From: the human T2T-CHM13v2.0 reference genome, Homo sapiens
NCBI RefSeq assembly: GCF_009914755.1
Contig: NC_060928.1
Reading direction: 5' to 3' (one strand)
Length of the DNA stretch: 64,000 nucleotides
Shown piece after piece: positions 40,473 to 55,599 of this stretch. A program made the translations under genes and the position numbers. The notes under the pieces were generated by a model. That model searched no databases and was not told the DNA's origin. It saw only the letters and a program-made list of their open reading frames with translations. Position 1 is the stretch's first letter; each line of letters opens with the position of its first letter.

Positions 40473-42705
40473 AACAATAAATATTAAAACATTGCCACCA
40501 TTGCATTTTTTCCTAGGGATGGAAATAAAGTATGCTAAAATTGTAAGGAACCCAGTCAATCCCCTGCAGGTCCCAATGCCCAACATATAACCTCCTTATC
40601 ATTCTTTTGAAAGTTTAACTCCCAGTTGGAAACAACCAACTTAGAGGCAAGTAACTCTGGAAGTTGAATAGTGTTTGTTATTTGCTGACTGACTGTGGGC
40701 ACCACAAATATAATCTGCAATTACTATATGAGTAGAGTATAAGCAAATTAGGGGCTGGAACAATCTGGCTCGATTTGGAAAGCTGTTTCAAATTTAGTGT
40801 CTGAAAGTGGACAATTAATTTTGAATCTATAAACGTCAATGAAAATATTTGTATGCTTTCAAGGAGGGTTCAAGAGAAGAAGAAAAGATTGAGGATGCAG
40901 CGTGTTTTGCATGATCTCATTGTAAGAACTTGATGAAATTTATGATTTGCTCTGTGTCTATTATTATCATTCTTGCAAGATGTTTCCTGGATACACCAGG
41001 AATACGCTTGTGAGTCTTTGTATTCATTCAGACAAGTGGCAGTTGTTTTCAGTCCTCAGTAAAAAATAGTGTAAACACTCACCTCACACAGTTAATAATA
41101 AAATTGTATGTTTATCAGTTCTTGAGAATTCATGGCTATTAATTTTGATTTTTGATTTTTTTTTGTAAAATTAGAACAGTTATTGTCAGAGCACAAGTCA
41201 GGGCTTCCTAGTGGCAAATAATCATGTAACTGCACTGCTTAGCCAGACAAATAGTTTAATGAAGAATTTATGCTTACCATTTCAAATATTATCTAGAATA
41301 TTGCTTGCTAATCATTAGATGAAGGCACACCCTGGAGGGATATGAAGTGTCTGATGTCTCCACTGTGTCGTATTGCTGTTAATAGGATAGCATATGCACA
41401 TCGTGAAGGAAGAACAGACATGGCTTCGAAAAAACAAATTGATCCATATAATATAGTACTTTTACAACCTACATGTATATATGGCTATATGCATTTCTCT
41501 TTAGAAATGCTGGGTTCTACATTTTAAGCTACAGAGATGCTGTGCAAAGAAAATGAGAGTGATTTGTGTGAAGCCTAAACAAAGGAAATTCAGAAACATT
41601 TCTAGTCCTAATTATTATATCATGCATATTTGTGAAACTTACCTGGAGTTCAGAGTTGACAGGTGTGATGCCCTTTTGATCTTTGTCATTAGTATACTAA
41701 AAGAGTGCTGCCACTTGAGCTGTGAATTTTGTTTTAATTCGGCTTCATATGAGAAAGAAAAAGAATATTCATCACATACTGCTTCATATCAAAAGAAATT
41801 GAAATGCAGAAAGATCCTCACATCTAAAAGCCACATAACTTACCATACAATATGCCATCATATTAGTGGTTACAATCCTGGCTAGGACGCAGATACAGAT
41901 TTTACAAGATTTATTTTAGTCTTGATCTCTGATGTTGAGCAAATCACTCAACTTCTCTTTATCTCTGTTCTTTAATTAATTCATCTAATACTCTCTGGGA
42001 AATGTAAGACACTATAAAAATCCAAGTGACACTTTGGTTATTGATTAATATAATATCGATTACATGTTATTGTAAATAAACTAGCTTTGGGGAAGATGGT
42101 GGGAAATATAAACAAAAATAAAATAATGATGCCAAAAACTGAAGCTAAGTATTTTCCTAAGGAAAAAAATAGATTTTTCGAAAAGAATATCTTGTAACCA
42201 AAAATAGCAGAGTTACATTGTCACATTTTATTCCTAGCATTCATCTGTGGAGGAGAATTGAAGACATATTATTTTATCACTCTGCGCAAAAGCTGAAATG
42301 TCTTATTGAAGAAAGGAGAGAAAATATGCTTCAGAGCTAGAGAGGAAAGTCTTAATTTACAAAAGGAAAAAAATCAAGGATTTTGCTCAGGGGTTCAAAA
42401 AATGACTTATTTCTTTTTTATCACTTAAGCTGGTTTCTTGCTGGGCCTTTTTACTGAATAATTGAAAAAAAAACTGGGTGGGGGAGGGACTTTTTCATCA
42501 AAGGAAAAAGATAGAAATAAAGGTACTAAGGGAATATAGATAGGAAGTTGTATCTTTCTGTACTTTTATGATTGACTACATTTTCTCCTAAACTTATAGT
42601 TGGAAAAAACCTGAAAAAATATCGGCCTCTGAGGAAAATCCTACAGAATAAAACATAGCATTCTCTGCTCCTTCAATCCTTCTTCTCAATCTTTCTCTCT
42701 CATAC

Positions 42706-42727
42706 ATACACACACACACACACACAC
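42706..42727. repeat. (CA)n microsatellite
   Basis: Directly visible. Confidence 0.9.
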
Positions 42728-44794
42728 GTATACCTCAACAAGCTCAAACTACTTTATGTTTTAAATCAGTCATAATTTATCTTTGCAAACTAAAAAAAAT
42801 CAGTTTGGTGAGCATTGAAACTTTGGGGGAATATTGGCATTTTTGAAAGCTGCTTTCAGAATAAGTATTATTAACTATCTCACTAGATTTCAAGTTGTGG
42901 AGGAAAATTACTAGAATAATGACTTGGGCAAAGTAGAAATTCTGTACTTGGCAATCTTCCTGAAAGACATGGGATTGTAGGCAATCTATCTCCGTTGATT
43001 CTTTAGAATGCTCTACAACAGTCAGTTTATGATAGTCTGAGGTGTTGCTCTTTTCTTTCCTCAGTGGCATCCTGTAAGCTTTTGCTATCTTCATTTTTCC
43101 CGCCAAGCTGTTTTCTCACTGTCTCAGAGGAAGTCAGAAGTCAGTATCTACCAAGCAGCCAAGTGGTAGGATTTTAAACACTGAATGTTTTTTCAACTTC
43201 AGTGTCCCAGCTGCATTGAAAAAACCATAAAGGACTAACAGACTAACAAATTTACATTTTTAAAAAAATCAGCAAGTTTCCAACATTCCTTGATTCATAT
43301 AACTAAAGGTCAGTAAAAGCAAAAGAGTTTCCTTAGGCTGTGTCTCCATTAACCTATATGATTCGAAATAAGGTGGGACCATAAGTAAGACTGTAATAAT
43401 AATGTAACCATGATTTACATGTCCAATGGGTGTTGTTCATTCATTTATTTAACTCCCAATTATTAATGTTCCATTACACTAGTAGTATGAAGCAGGAGCT
43501 GACAGTCTTGTAGGGGAGACAGACTTGTTCAGGAATAATTATAATGTAGTATGATAAGGGTTATAATGGGAACCATATGTACCCTGAGGAAGGACTGACT
43601 GATTCCTAGAAAGGATGACACTTGGCACTTGGCTCACAAGAGTTAGAATATGGCTTTGATTTCCTTCTCCTTTATCAGTCCTGCATCAGTCTTGCAACCT
43701 TGGCCATAGGGCATCAACTATTCTCACTGGAGCTGAGTTGGGATGTATTTTTCTTCACATTCCTCCTTTACATTTCAACAAGTTTTTGCTTTTAACAGAT
43801 TGCTAATGGATTAATTCTTTAACTGTCAATCCTAGAACCAGTTAATGAGCAATTCCCATTAGCTTCACTGTATTTTAGTCATTCTATGATTTTGACCAAA
43901 ACTGAACTTATTCACTGTAACTGTTCACCCTGAATTCTTCACTCTTGGCTCTAAATGACTTTTAGTTATTTTTAGATGTCAAATCACCTTCAGATGGAAC
44001 TTTTGCCATCATCGAGGAGATTGAAAATAGAGGGACAGATGCTGTGAAGCGATTTCCAAAAAAACAAGGAGTTTATATAAAGAAGATATATAGACACTTT
44101 TAATCATGGAAACATTTCTGGAATGTTTACACCCTCCCATGGCAACTTCTTTGAAGAGTACAATTCATCTGAGTCATAAATTATATTTTCCTAAAAACAG
44201 TCACGTAATCTCATATTTTTACATCTTGTTTTTTTTTTATGAATTGGTTGTAGAGGGTGTTCTAGCCCTGGGATATCTGGAGAACAATTATAATGACTTT
44301 TTTTTTTTTACAATTTCTAATTATTTTTAGGTGGCTTTCATTTATCTAGTGCTCTCCTTTTCACTGGAGCACTTATCATGTGTCCTATTAACACTGGTAC
44401 TTGTTATCAGCTGGCTTTCAGATAATCCTGCTTAAGTGACTGGTTGATGACAGCTTTTAAGATACTGCCTCTCCAAGTTATATTTCTATTCATGGAGGAT
44501 TCTAGAAGAACAAAAAGCCTTGACATGAGGCTTTCTAATAAAGGCACTCATGTGGGGCATCATGCAGTATGGAAAACAGTGGAGGCAAAACAATCCTGGT
44601 CGACTTTTCTCCTGTCACTCTTGGTCCCTGCATGAAGTCTTTTAAAGCTGTAACTAACAACAGATCCCTGGTTTTGTGTCTTGGTGGAAATTAGGTACTT
44701 CTTATTTAGTGCTGATATCATCCAGGATCAAATTACTCAGTTTATTTGTGTGTGTGTATGTGTGTGTGTGTGCGTGCATGCACATATAATTTTT

Positions 44795-45131
<337 letters not shown>

Positions 45132-46289
45132 TGAAGCAATTCAAGGTTTGAAAGACTCTCACCTCGAGGAAATAATAGTGGCTGAATACTTTAAAATTAT
45201 ATTTCTATCTTTTATGAAAATGATTAAAAAGAAGCCACAGGCAGAAAGACCACAACATTTAAAAAGTGTCCTGGCCCACCCTCAGTGTAAAAGATAGTAA
45301 ACAAAAATCCTAATTCAATCTGGTTTTTGCAAGAACCAGATTGATTTTCTGGGAATTAGCTTTGGTTGTAAGGCCCTGCAGCGTGAAGGGAGAGCAGGGG
45401 GTAGATGTTCTGGAATGGGCACCACAGTGCAATTCGCCTTAGTTACAGTCCTTGCCTTAATATTTTGGCATCTAATCTTCCTAGTGTTTTATGCTGCCAA
45501 CTTTTCTATTTTCTTGAGTCTTTATTTTTGGTGGCTATTCCTGAAATTTGCCCCATTTGCTTTCCACAAAGTCTTGCAGAATCTCTGTGTAATTCTCTCA
45601 GGGCCATAGTTTGAGCTAATGCATTGGTTGGCATAGCCTATTGAGAGGATATTTCCACTGGTAAATATTAGTGGTCTAATATGTTAACATTACTAATGAC
45701 AAAATTGAAAATTGACTTGATGCCAAAAAAATTTCCTCTCACAATGGTTATTTTAACTAAGTCTGCTTGATGGAAAGAAGATTTTTTTCCTTTTCAATCA
45801 TTTCACTTCTTTTATTCCTCTCCTTTCTTTCTGTTTGTGTAGAATCTAGAAAACCATAAATAGGTTTTCCTTGCACTGGCCTATCCCCATGTGAGGATTT
45901 TGAAATATAGGTCATTTGTGTCACTGGGTCATTTATACCACTGGTATAGTAGTGAATTCTTTAGTGAATCAGAATACAGCAGTATAATGAATCATTTGAA
46001 CAAGATATATGAAGTCTCTTAATACTTTAAGTATTTCAATGCATTTTTTGAATTATTTTTTCCATCATGGCAATTTATATTATGATTTTCTAAAGGCATT
46101 AGCTGAAACAACCTGTATGTTGTTAAAATGTTTTAGTATGGTTTATATAGTTAATACTGAACTGGATCTAAGAAAATAGAAGCATGTTTGTACTAGACAA
46201 CCAGGATCCTCTAATTCATGTCCTACATGATGTTGGCTAATGCGTCTAATTATAATTTTCCAAGTGCCTTCCAAATCTTAATTTTATTC

Positions 46290-46791
46290 ATTTATTAGCT
46301 TCCCATTGCCCCTGTAACAAATTATAATGAATGCAGTGTCCGAAAACAACAAACTTTTTTATTTTAAATGGCTCTTACGGTCAAAAGTCAGAAATGGGTC
46401 TCACTAGGTTAAAATCAATGTGGAGGCAAGGTCATGTTTCTTTCTGTAGTGTCAAGAGGAGAATCTGTTTTCTTGTCTTCTCTAGCTTCTAGGGCTGCCT
46501 GCATTCTTTGACTCTTGATCCCCTTCCATCTTCAAAGCCAGGAATGGCTAGTAGAATTTTTCTCCTATCTCTTCATTCTGACTCTCTTCTGCCTCTCTCA
46601 CATTTAAGGACACTGTGGTTACATTGGGTCCATCTGGATAATCCAAGACAATTTTATTTTCAGTTTATTTGTTTAGAAACTTTAATTCCATTTGCAATCT
46701 TAATTCTCCTTTGCCATGTAAGGTAACATATTCACAGGTTTCCTGGATTAGGATGTGGACATCTTAGGGATCGATTGTTTTGCATACTACA
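46290..46791 (-). mobile_element. MLT1C/D-like MaLR LTR
   Basis: ctgtaacaaatta...ggagaatctgtttt...ccatgtaaggtaacatattcacaggt...gattaggatgtggacatct. Confidence 0.75.
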
Positions 46792-47287
46792 GGTCTGATT
46801 GGCAGACATTCCCAAAATTTGATAACCACCTGTTATAAGCCACAAAATATTATTTGGGTAGACTCCAGTCAGGCTTTCTTTTTTTCTGTGCAATCTCAAC
46901 ATTTTATTACTGAATAGATACTTTATTATTACTTGCACTGTATCTTGCTTTTCCCTCAGAATAATTTATTAGTGTTTTAAACAAATTCAGAGATAGCAAA
47001 AGTTTAAGCAATCAGTTATTTTTCTGTAAAATGAAAGGTTTATTCTCATATACAAGGCTGTCAAATATTTTGAAATGTGAAAAAATGTTTCACACTTTAA
47101 TAGGAGCACAAGACTGGAGAAACTTTTACAAACTATTTATTCAACTTATCAAGTGCTTGTTACATACAAATACTCTGCTTGTTGGATGTGATCTAACTGA
47201 CCTGCTACAATCAGAGGCCGAGAAGGGGTGGTGAGGCCAGGCTTGAGATACAGTAGGTCTCATCCTACTTCTTTGAGCTTCAGTATC

Positions 47288-47672
47288 CATCTGAGTTTGT
47301 TTTCTGTGCTGTAACAGAATGCCACAGACTGGGCAATTTATAAAGAAAAAAGATTTATTTGGCTCACAGTTCTGGTGGCCGAGAAGTCCAAGAGCATGAT
47401 ACAGGCATTTAGAGAGAGTCCTCTCATGTTGGAAGGCAACACATCGTGAGTGAGCACATTAGACAGAGAACAAATGGGGCCAGCCTCATTCTTTTTATCA
47501 GGGTCTCACTCCTGAGATAACTAATCCACTTGAAACACAGCATTAATCTCTTTGTGAGATGAATATCCTTATCACCTAATCACTTCTAAAAGGCCCTACT
47601 ACCTAATACTATTACAATGGCAATTAAGTTTTTGATATACGAATTTTGGGGCGACACATTCAAACCATAGCA
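47288..47672 (-). mobile_element. MST/MLT1A-type MaLR LTR
   Basis: gatttatttggctcacagttctgg...gacacattcaaaccatagca, with near-perfect TSD gtatc/gtacc. Confidence 0.8.
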
Positions 47673-48999
47673 GTACCATCTGAACACTGGGAATAGCAAT
47701 ATCATTAATTGACATCCTATGTGATATTGGCCATTCAGGGGTGTTGTGAGGGTTAAATTTGATAATGATGCACCCGTCTTGGGATGTACAGGAACTCAAC
47801 AGAAGATAATGTCTTTACTCTCTAAGGAGTGGCCTGACAATGATGCCACTGAATGGACAGCCTGATGGGTGTTCTCTGGGACAACTTAAAGGAAATAAGA
47901 TGTAGTTATATCTGGCACTAGTCATAATTCTTTCCTCTCTTACAACTATGTCATATGACCTTTTTTCTTGCAAGAGTCCATATTAACCATTATTATACTA
48001 GTACTTATCAACAGGGGAAGGGATATGTTATGAATTGGAGAAGGGCATTTAGTCGTAGCTTCCTCAAATGCATTCGATTTATTCCTATATGCATTTTCTT
48101 TGGAGATAATGAATCCAAGATAATGTCTCCTTCTAAAACAAAAGAAAGAAAAAGTAAAAGAGAAATATTGACTATGAAGAAAAGGTGTGGTTTCACCACT
48201 CTCATCAATTAATGCCCCCTCAGATACTAATGGAAATATTACCTGTTACTGCTTTGAATTCATAACTTTTTTCATGGCACACATGGCTGACATCATTTCT
48301 TAAAGTCCGATAACAGTCTGTGTCTTGTATGAATGAGAAAATTTCAATCGGTGCAAGTTTTTTTCTTCGTCATGGTAGTGGGAAGAGAGGAGGAAAGATA
48401 GAACAGTCTCTGGAACTCTGAAACGCATTAAGCATCCTTCTTGATTTAACATAAAATCATCAAATACATGAGTATGCCTGGAGTTATTCTATTTTTTTCT
48501 ATTGCCTGGTGGTCTTTTTTCTGTAGAAGAGGTTCAGAATACATAATCTTTGAAAAGGATTCCAATTGTCAATACAATATGCCTGCAACACTGCTCTTCT
48601 AAGGGGAAGAAAAAGAGATAATAGATGATTGACTGTATCACTTACATTTCATGTTATGCCCAGAGAACTCCACTATGACTTTTGTATTTTATCCGAAACC
48701 AGTGAATCCTGATGATAAAACACGGGCATTTAGGAAAATAGTAATAAAAGGAAGTTTAGTTTAATAATGTTTATAAGGCCAGTGCAGTACAATGAAAATT
48801 AGATTATGATTTTGGTTTTAAAAATTCCATATGTACCATTTCTTTGTAGAATTTTTAGGTGCAGGATTATTAGGTGCTGTAACTGTTTCATTTTCTAATC
48901 TGTAAAAATGATTATAATAACATCTATTTACACAGTTCTGGAGCTTAAATGGGAGTAAATAACTGAAAGTAATCTGCAAGTTTCTATACAAAAGGTATT

Positions 49000-49125
49000 T
49001 ATATCTAGTGGGTAGATGGCAGGGATGTTGCTAAACCTCCTATAAGGCACTGGGCAGCTCCTTGCAACATATACTTATTCTGCATAGAATGTAGATAATG
49101 CCATGTTAGGGAATTTCTGATCTAT
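49000..49125. mobile_element. MER20-like hAT fragment
   Basis: atctagtgggtaga...cagggatgttgctaaacctcctata. Confidence 0.6.
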
Positions 49126-49644
49126 AATGAGTAGTACCCACTCTCTTCCACCTTTAGGCTAAAGCACTAGAGAGAGGGAGAAGTTAATAGATTATGAAAA
49201 CAGAGAAATTTGGAGAAGGCTGTCCAAAGTGGCCCTGAAGGCTGGAAATCCTGTTTCTTTTCTCTCTTTTTAGTATGGGCTAGCAATTTCTCATTGGCTT
49301 AACCTTGCTATAAGTCAGAGGTCAAGGGACCTTGTGATTGCAGTTCATATTGGTCAACCTCCTGGGCATAGAACATGATCACAATAAATGAGAGTGAGAG
49401 TGGAAAGAATAGGTGTATATGAGTCTAGATACCTAGACTCAACCATTAATCCCTCTCTCAAACTAACATTCAACTCTGTGAATCTGTGAGGAAATGATGT
49501 CTGTGGCGAGGTTCATCTATACGCAGAGGGAAAAGTTAACCCTGGGTGCAAATTTGGAGAGGAGGAAAATTAGTTCCTAGAGATATTTTGTGTTTGCTCA
49601 CCATAATAAAACAGTGCATTTGTTTTTGCCACTTTCTACTGTAT

Positions 49645-50105
49645 GCCCTTATCCATTATGTGCATTCATTAACTTACCAAGTTACTGAGAACATGCTGCA
49701 TTCTAGGTACTGGCCCATGTACCGAGAATACAAAAAATGGTTATGAATGGTGCCCACCCCGAAGCAGCTTTAAGTGTAACGCGAAAGACAGTCATATGAA
49801 CAAACTATTATAACACTTGGAGCATTTATATATAAAGTACTATGATAGAGAATGGAAATACTATTTTTTTTTCCAGGATGTAGAAAGTTCTTGCAGAATA
49901 GGTGATATTTACAGAGTTGTTAAGGAAAGGCAGGTACTTTTTGGTGCAGGGAAGGAAAAAAAACGCAAGACTAAAAATTGTCCTGTGTTATGGTGCAGAA
50001 GCAGTGGACAATGAGGCCATAAAATGAGTTAGGTTTTTATTTCAAAGACTTTTTGTGGCCATGTTAAGATATTGAAACTGTTACCTCAAAGTGCTGGAGA
50101 ATCGT
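49645..50105 (-). mobile_element. L2 LINE relic
   Basis: cattcatt...ttactgagaacatgctgcattctaggtactg resembles an antisense L2 3' end. Confidence 0.5.
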
Positions 50106-51084
50106 GCACAGGTGATTTTGTACCTGTGCAAACTCATTTAATTAAAAACTACTTCCAACTTCTATAACCTTGTATGATATGAGCTTTTTGGAATTTTGTC
50201 TTTAAATTAAAATCTTTCAAAGTAACGTGGTAAAATTAATGCTGTGCATATTTATTTGAGTGAGCTTAACTCAGTGAAAATTTTACTGAGGCATTTTGAT
50301 GTTTAAAAGTGATTACACTTAATACATATCCTTTGCTAGGCTATTTTGATTGGAGTGATATAGGATCAAAGATCTCAGAAATATTTCGAGCAAAAGAGTT
50401 CTTCTGTTTCCCAAGTATAAGCATTCCTTAAATCCTAAAACACATTGGAAAATATTTCTTATATCATTATCTTTTAGAAAACTGTGAAATAGCCATAGTT
50501 GGGGAATAGATTTAAGGAAAGTTTATAGGTTATATAATTGGATCCAAATATTATATTATGTGGATGTTCCTAAATTTGACAGTATTAAAATATGAGTATA
50601 TATATATATTTTGCATGGTCTCTGAAAAGTTTATTAATCTTTGTGACCTCCACAGAGCTAGGTACTGTGCTTTGTAGGTGCTTAATAATGCTTTGGAACT
50701 GATATTGTAGATTTCACCTTTGGCTAGACAATTTTATTTTGAAGGAATTTCAACTTAATAAATATATTTTAATAGGGCTATACATTTTTTCCAGTAATAT
50801 TTACTTGTATATTTCCCCTTAGTCCTAACAAATATTTTGAGAATGAAAGTAAGGAAAATATTTTCACCATGGAATGTCCTTCCTATTCGCTGTCATTTTT
50901 AAAATGGAATTTTCTCCTGTTTCAAAATAGTAAACTTGTTGCCATGATGGTTTTTAGGGTAGAATAAGATTTTTTCTCTAAATAATCTTAGACATAAAAA
51001 ACTAAAAGAGCATGATTGTCATTGAAAAAGAATATGTCTAGGTAGTTCCTATCTTTCCACTCTTCCACGCTTCTTTACTTTGCT

Positions 51085-51330
51085 TTTCTTTATTACTTTT
51101 TTTCTTTCTTTCCCTTTTTTTTTCCTTCAAGATGGAGTCTCACTCTGTCGCACCCAGGCTGGAGTGCAGTGGCGTGATCCCGGCTCACTGCAACTTCCGC
51201 CTGCGGGTTCAAGCGATTCTCCTGCCTCAGCCTCCGGAGTAGCTGAGATTACAGGTGCCTGCCACCATGCCCAGCTAATTTTTCGTATTTTTAGTAGAGA
51301 CGGGGTTTCACCATGTTGGTCAGGCTGGTC
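51085..51330 (-). mobile_element. AluS, 5'-truncated
   Basis: Antisense Alu that stops abruptly after caggctggtc. Confidence 0.9.
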
Positions 51331-53135
51331 CTTCTTGGCTTCTTTGGCATGATGGAGCAGGTTCATGGATGATTTTTCCAACACATCTCACACCCAAGTA
51401 GGTGATACCAGGAGTGAGGAAGTAGTGACAGCTACCTGGTGTCTCCTCTTTTTATCCCTGAACCTGAAACTTGAAAGAATTTCATTATAATTCAGTAGTT
51501 TAGCCTTAATATTTCTACTTCTCAAAATAATAAAATTTCAAAGCTATCTTTTGATCTAAATGTGAGGAATGTTAACAGTGCACGTATGTATTAGAAGATA
51601 TGGACTCTTACTTTTTTTTTTTTTTGCAAACTTTATAAATTGTTTTCTTTCATTGCTGAAGGTCAGAATCTCAGTGATTAATGGTGACTAAAGAAGTTTG
51701 TGACAGAAATTTAACCCAGATACTCACACATCCAGTCCTATCTTCCTCTTACCTGTAGGGGCAAAAAAAAAAAAAAAAAAAGAAAGAAAAAGAAAAAAAA
51801 GAAAAAAAGAACTCTGGAAAATGGGACAGATTTTATAACTAAAGATCAGCCCCACATATACTGTAGATATTTAAATAAGTGGTAATTCATTCTGCAAGGA
51901 ATAAGTAAATGGCATATTACTGTAACCCAGTTAAAAATATTAGACTTCAACACGGAAGCATTTGAACTTGGTGTCATGGATTTTGGGAAGACCTGAAAGG
52001 AATAAGAAGTGTTGAGATTCCAGGAATCTTTGATTAAAATATATTAATGAAAGTGAAAGAGTTCTCAGTGGCTGGTATGGGAGATAAAATACCATAAATG
52101 TCAGCATCATGCCTGGGAGACCCTTTAAGTCGTTATAAACAATAATGGGCCTATGAAAGACAAGGTCAGAGTATTTCTCTTAACTTCTCCATACAGAGTC
52201 TTTTTATTTCTGGTACATATCTCATTTCCCTTCAAGTATCTCTAACTGTAAAAAGAGAGATAACCTTTACTACTTTCTCTGTTCTTGATAAGGAACCAGA
52301 ATGAAAATGCCTCAGTTTATATACATGGTCGTGGTAAGCTGGGAACAGCATATTTTCTTGAGTGACAATATGGTTAAATTAGCAAGAAACATAGAAGTGT
52401 ATTTTCACATAACTTGCACATATTGCTTAGTTGATGTATGAAGGTGCATTATAGGCAAAAATGAGTCATTTCTTAGGCAGGCACTTAGTACGTGCAAAGG
52501 CTAGCAGTAGCACGCCATATAAGGTAGCATTTCAGGGGCTATACACCCTTTGGATTTTTGACACAGGGCTCAAGGTAGATTTGGGCTAAGCTTCCATGGC
52601 AAAGACATGTTTTTGGCTCTGGTTGTCATTCAGTAAATATTTATTAAACCCCTTGACTGTTTTTAGCTCTGTTCTTATTCTTGTGAAGCTTACCTTCTAA
52701 TTTTGAATGAAGAAGACATAAACATTTATTACATATGCAGTGCATTTTAAGAATTGTGATAGAGCCTTTTTTTAAGAATTCCTCCCAAAAAAATAATTAC
52801 CAGTACTTTCTGATTTCATTGCACATATAAATATGGAATGATATTGGAAGAGAAAAACATTACATTTGTAACTTCAAATAAAGCATGAATTAGATTTGAA
52901 TATTATGAAATTTACCAACAAAACCTTGATTTTATAGATAAGTGTTACTGATCATAGAAACTACCAGACATAACAGCACTGTATACTTTTAAAATATATT
53001 TTTATAAGTTACATTGAAACCCTATACACACGCTTCTCCAATTGTAGTCAGGTTGGGCGGTATGTGATAACTAAATTTTTATGAAGCAGGTAGCTTCTTC
53101 TTATCTATTCAAAACTGTCAAGATTTGCTGCAAAC

Positions 53136-53140
<5 letters not shown>

Positions 53141-53168
<28 letters not shown>
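53141..53168. repeat. (GT)14 microsatellite
   Basis: Directly visible. Confidence 0.95.
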
Positions 53169-53171
<3 letters not shown>

Positions 53172-53869
53172 TTCTGGAGGGAGGAGGAAGTAGTAGAAGA
53201 GGTTACTATTAGCCTCCACCATGACTCATTAGAAAATGTCCTGAAAAAAGTTTAGCTCTGTATCAGACAATATACAGATAATTCCCAAGTCATTTGTCAA
53301 GTGAAAAAGAAAAGAGGTTGTTATAATCAAGCAGCTCCAGGGACATGAGCAGAAGTGTATCACTTTATTATTTTCCCTTCTACCGAAAGCATGATATATT
53401 AATTTATTTTAGATTGTTTAGGGTCCAAGGTTTTCTATGCTTACAAAAGTTATGAATTAAAGGTCCTAAATTGTAAGTCCTTAATGTGAATTAAATTCAC
53501 ACCCAATACAGGAAATATTAGTTGGAAACAATAAATCTTGTCAGGCTCAAGGTACTTTTATTGCTGTAAAAAAAATGAAGGTCACACAATAATACTATTC
53601 AGGGAAATAGGTAAGACATTCAAAGAGATTCATCATTTTCTATATGACACACAGATACCCTTCTAAAGGATTTCAATATTTTATCTTCAATTCAGTTTGG
53701 TATTTAAATATTTTAAGTCAATCCTTTAGAAACTTATATGTACTTTTTTTTGACATTATCTAATTACATAGCTTAACAAGTAGATGGGCAGTGAAGATTT
53801 TTGATGGGTGTACCTAATTGTTTGGCAATATTCAGATGGCTTAAACAATTTTATTTATAATAGAGCTTA

Positions 53870-54100
53870 AGGAAGTCCACATTGATGGGGAATCTATTAT
53901 ACGCCAGACTCCAGGCAAGGTGTGTGTAGGCTGATTATGCCATTTCATCCTTATGCTGCTGATGGATAATATTTTTATGGTTGTATTCACAGATGGAGAA
54001 ACTGAGGTTTGGGGTTTAACAACTTTTCAAAGATCATACAGTGGCTAAGATGTAGAGCTGGGTTGGAACCTAGGGCTAGCTGACTCCAGAGCTTCTTATG
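53870..54100. mobile_element. MIR SINE
   Basis: acagatggagaaactgaggt...ctgactccagagc. Confidence 0.7.
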
Positions 54101-54612
54101 TCCGTTTAAGATTAGTCACAGACCTCACCGAGTATCTCATCATATGCGTGCCATCCTATAATATTAATAGGGGCATAAAACTTACATGTGCTTGATCTTA
54201 GAAATTTAAACAACTCAAGTGTTTGAAAAATTACAGATGTTTCTCTGTTTATGAATAAGTATGGTGCTCTCCCTTTCTTCCTCACAATTTTGACTTGCCT
54301 TATAATTGCTTTTATTGAGAGAAATTTACAGGGAAAACCCTGTTATAAACAAACTTCTTTTTGGATCCTGAAAGTTGCATAGATTTCAACTCCTTGTAGT
54401 CCTTCCTATCTGCTCTTGACAGAAAAAAAAGAGAGGCCTCTAGCCTTGAGGCCTGAGTCCACAAAACATTTTTGTCTTCCTGTTTTCTCAACAAATACTT
54501 CTATAGCCACAAAGTAGTCCCAGACACTGTCCTGAGAGCTTTACAAGGGGGAGATTGACTCCTGTAGTTATCATAACAAGCCTGTGCAGAAAAAATGGTT
54601 ACCATCCCCCAC

Positions 54613-55377
<765 letters not shown>

Positions 55378-55599
55378 CCCACCCGGAAGATGAGGAAACT
55401 GAGACAAATACAGATTCAGTAACTTCAGGTCATATACTTAGTAAACGGTAATAATGGAACTTGAATCCTTAATGTCTGATGCTAGAGACCTTGGTCTCAA
55501 CCATTACATTGTGCTGACACCCCGAATACGGTACAACCTCTTCTTATCTTTCATGTTTCTGTGCATGTTAAGAAAATTTTGCTTGTGTCAACTTAAAAA

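Noticed and set aside
50105-50130. 9-bp stem hairpin tgcacaggt/acctgtgca
   Set aside because: This length is expected by chance in 64 kb.
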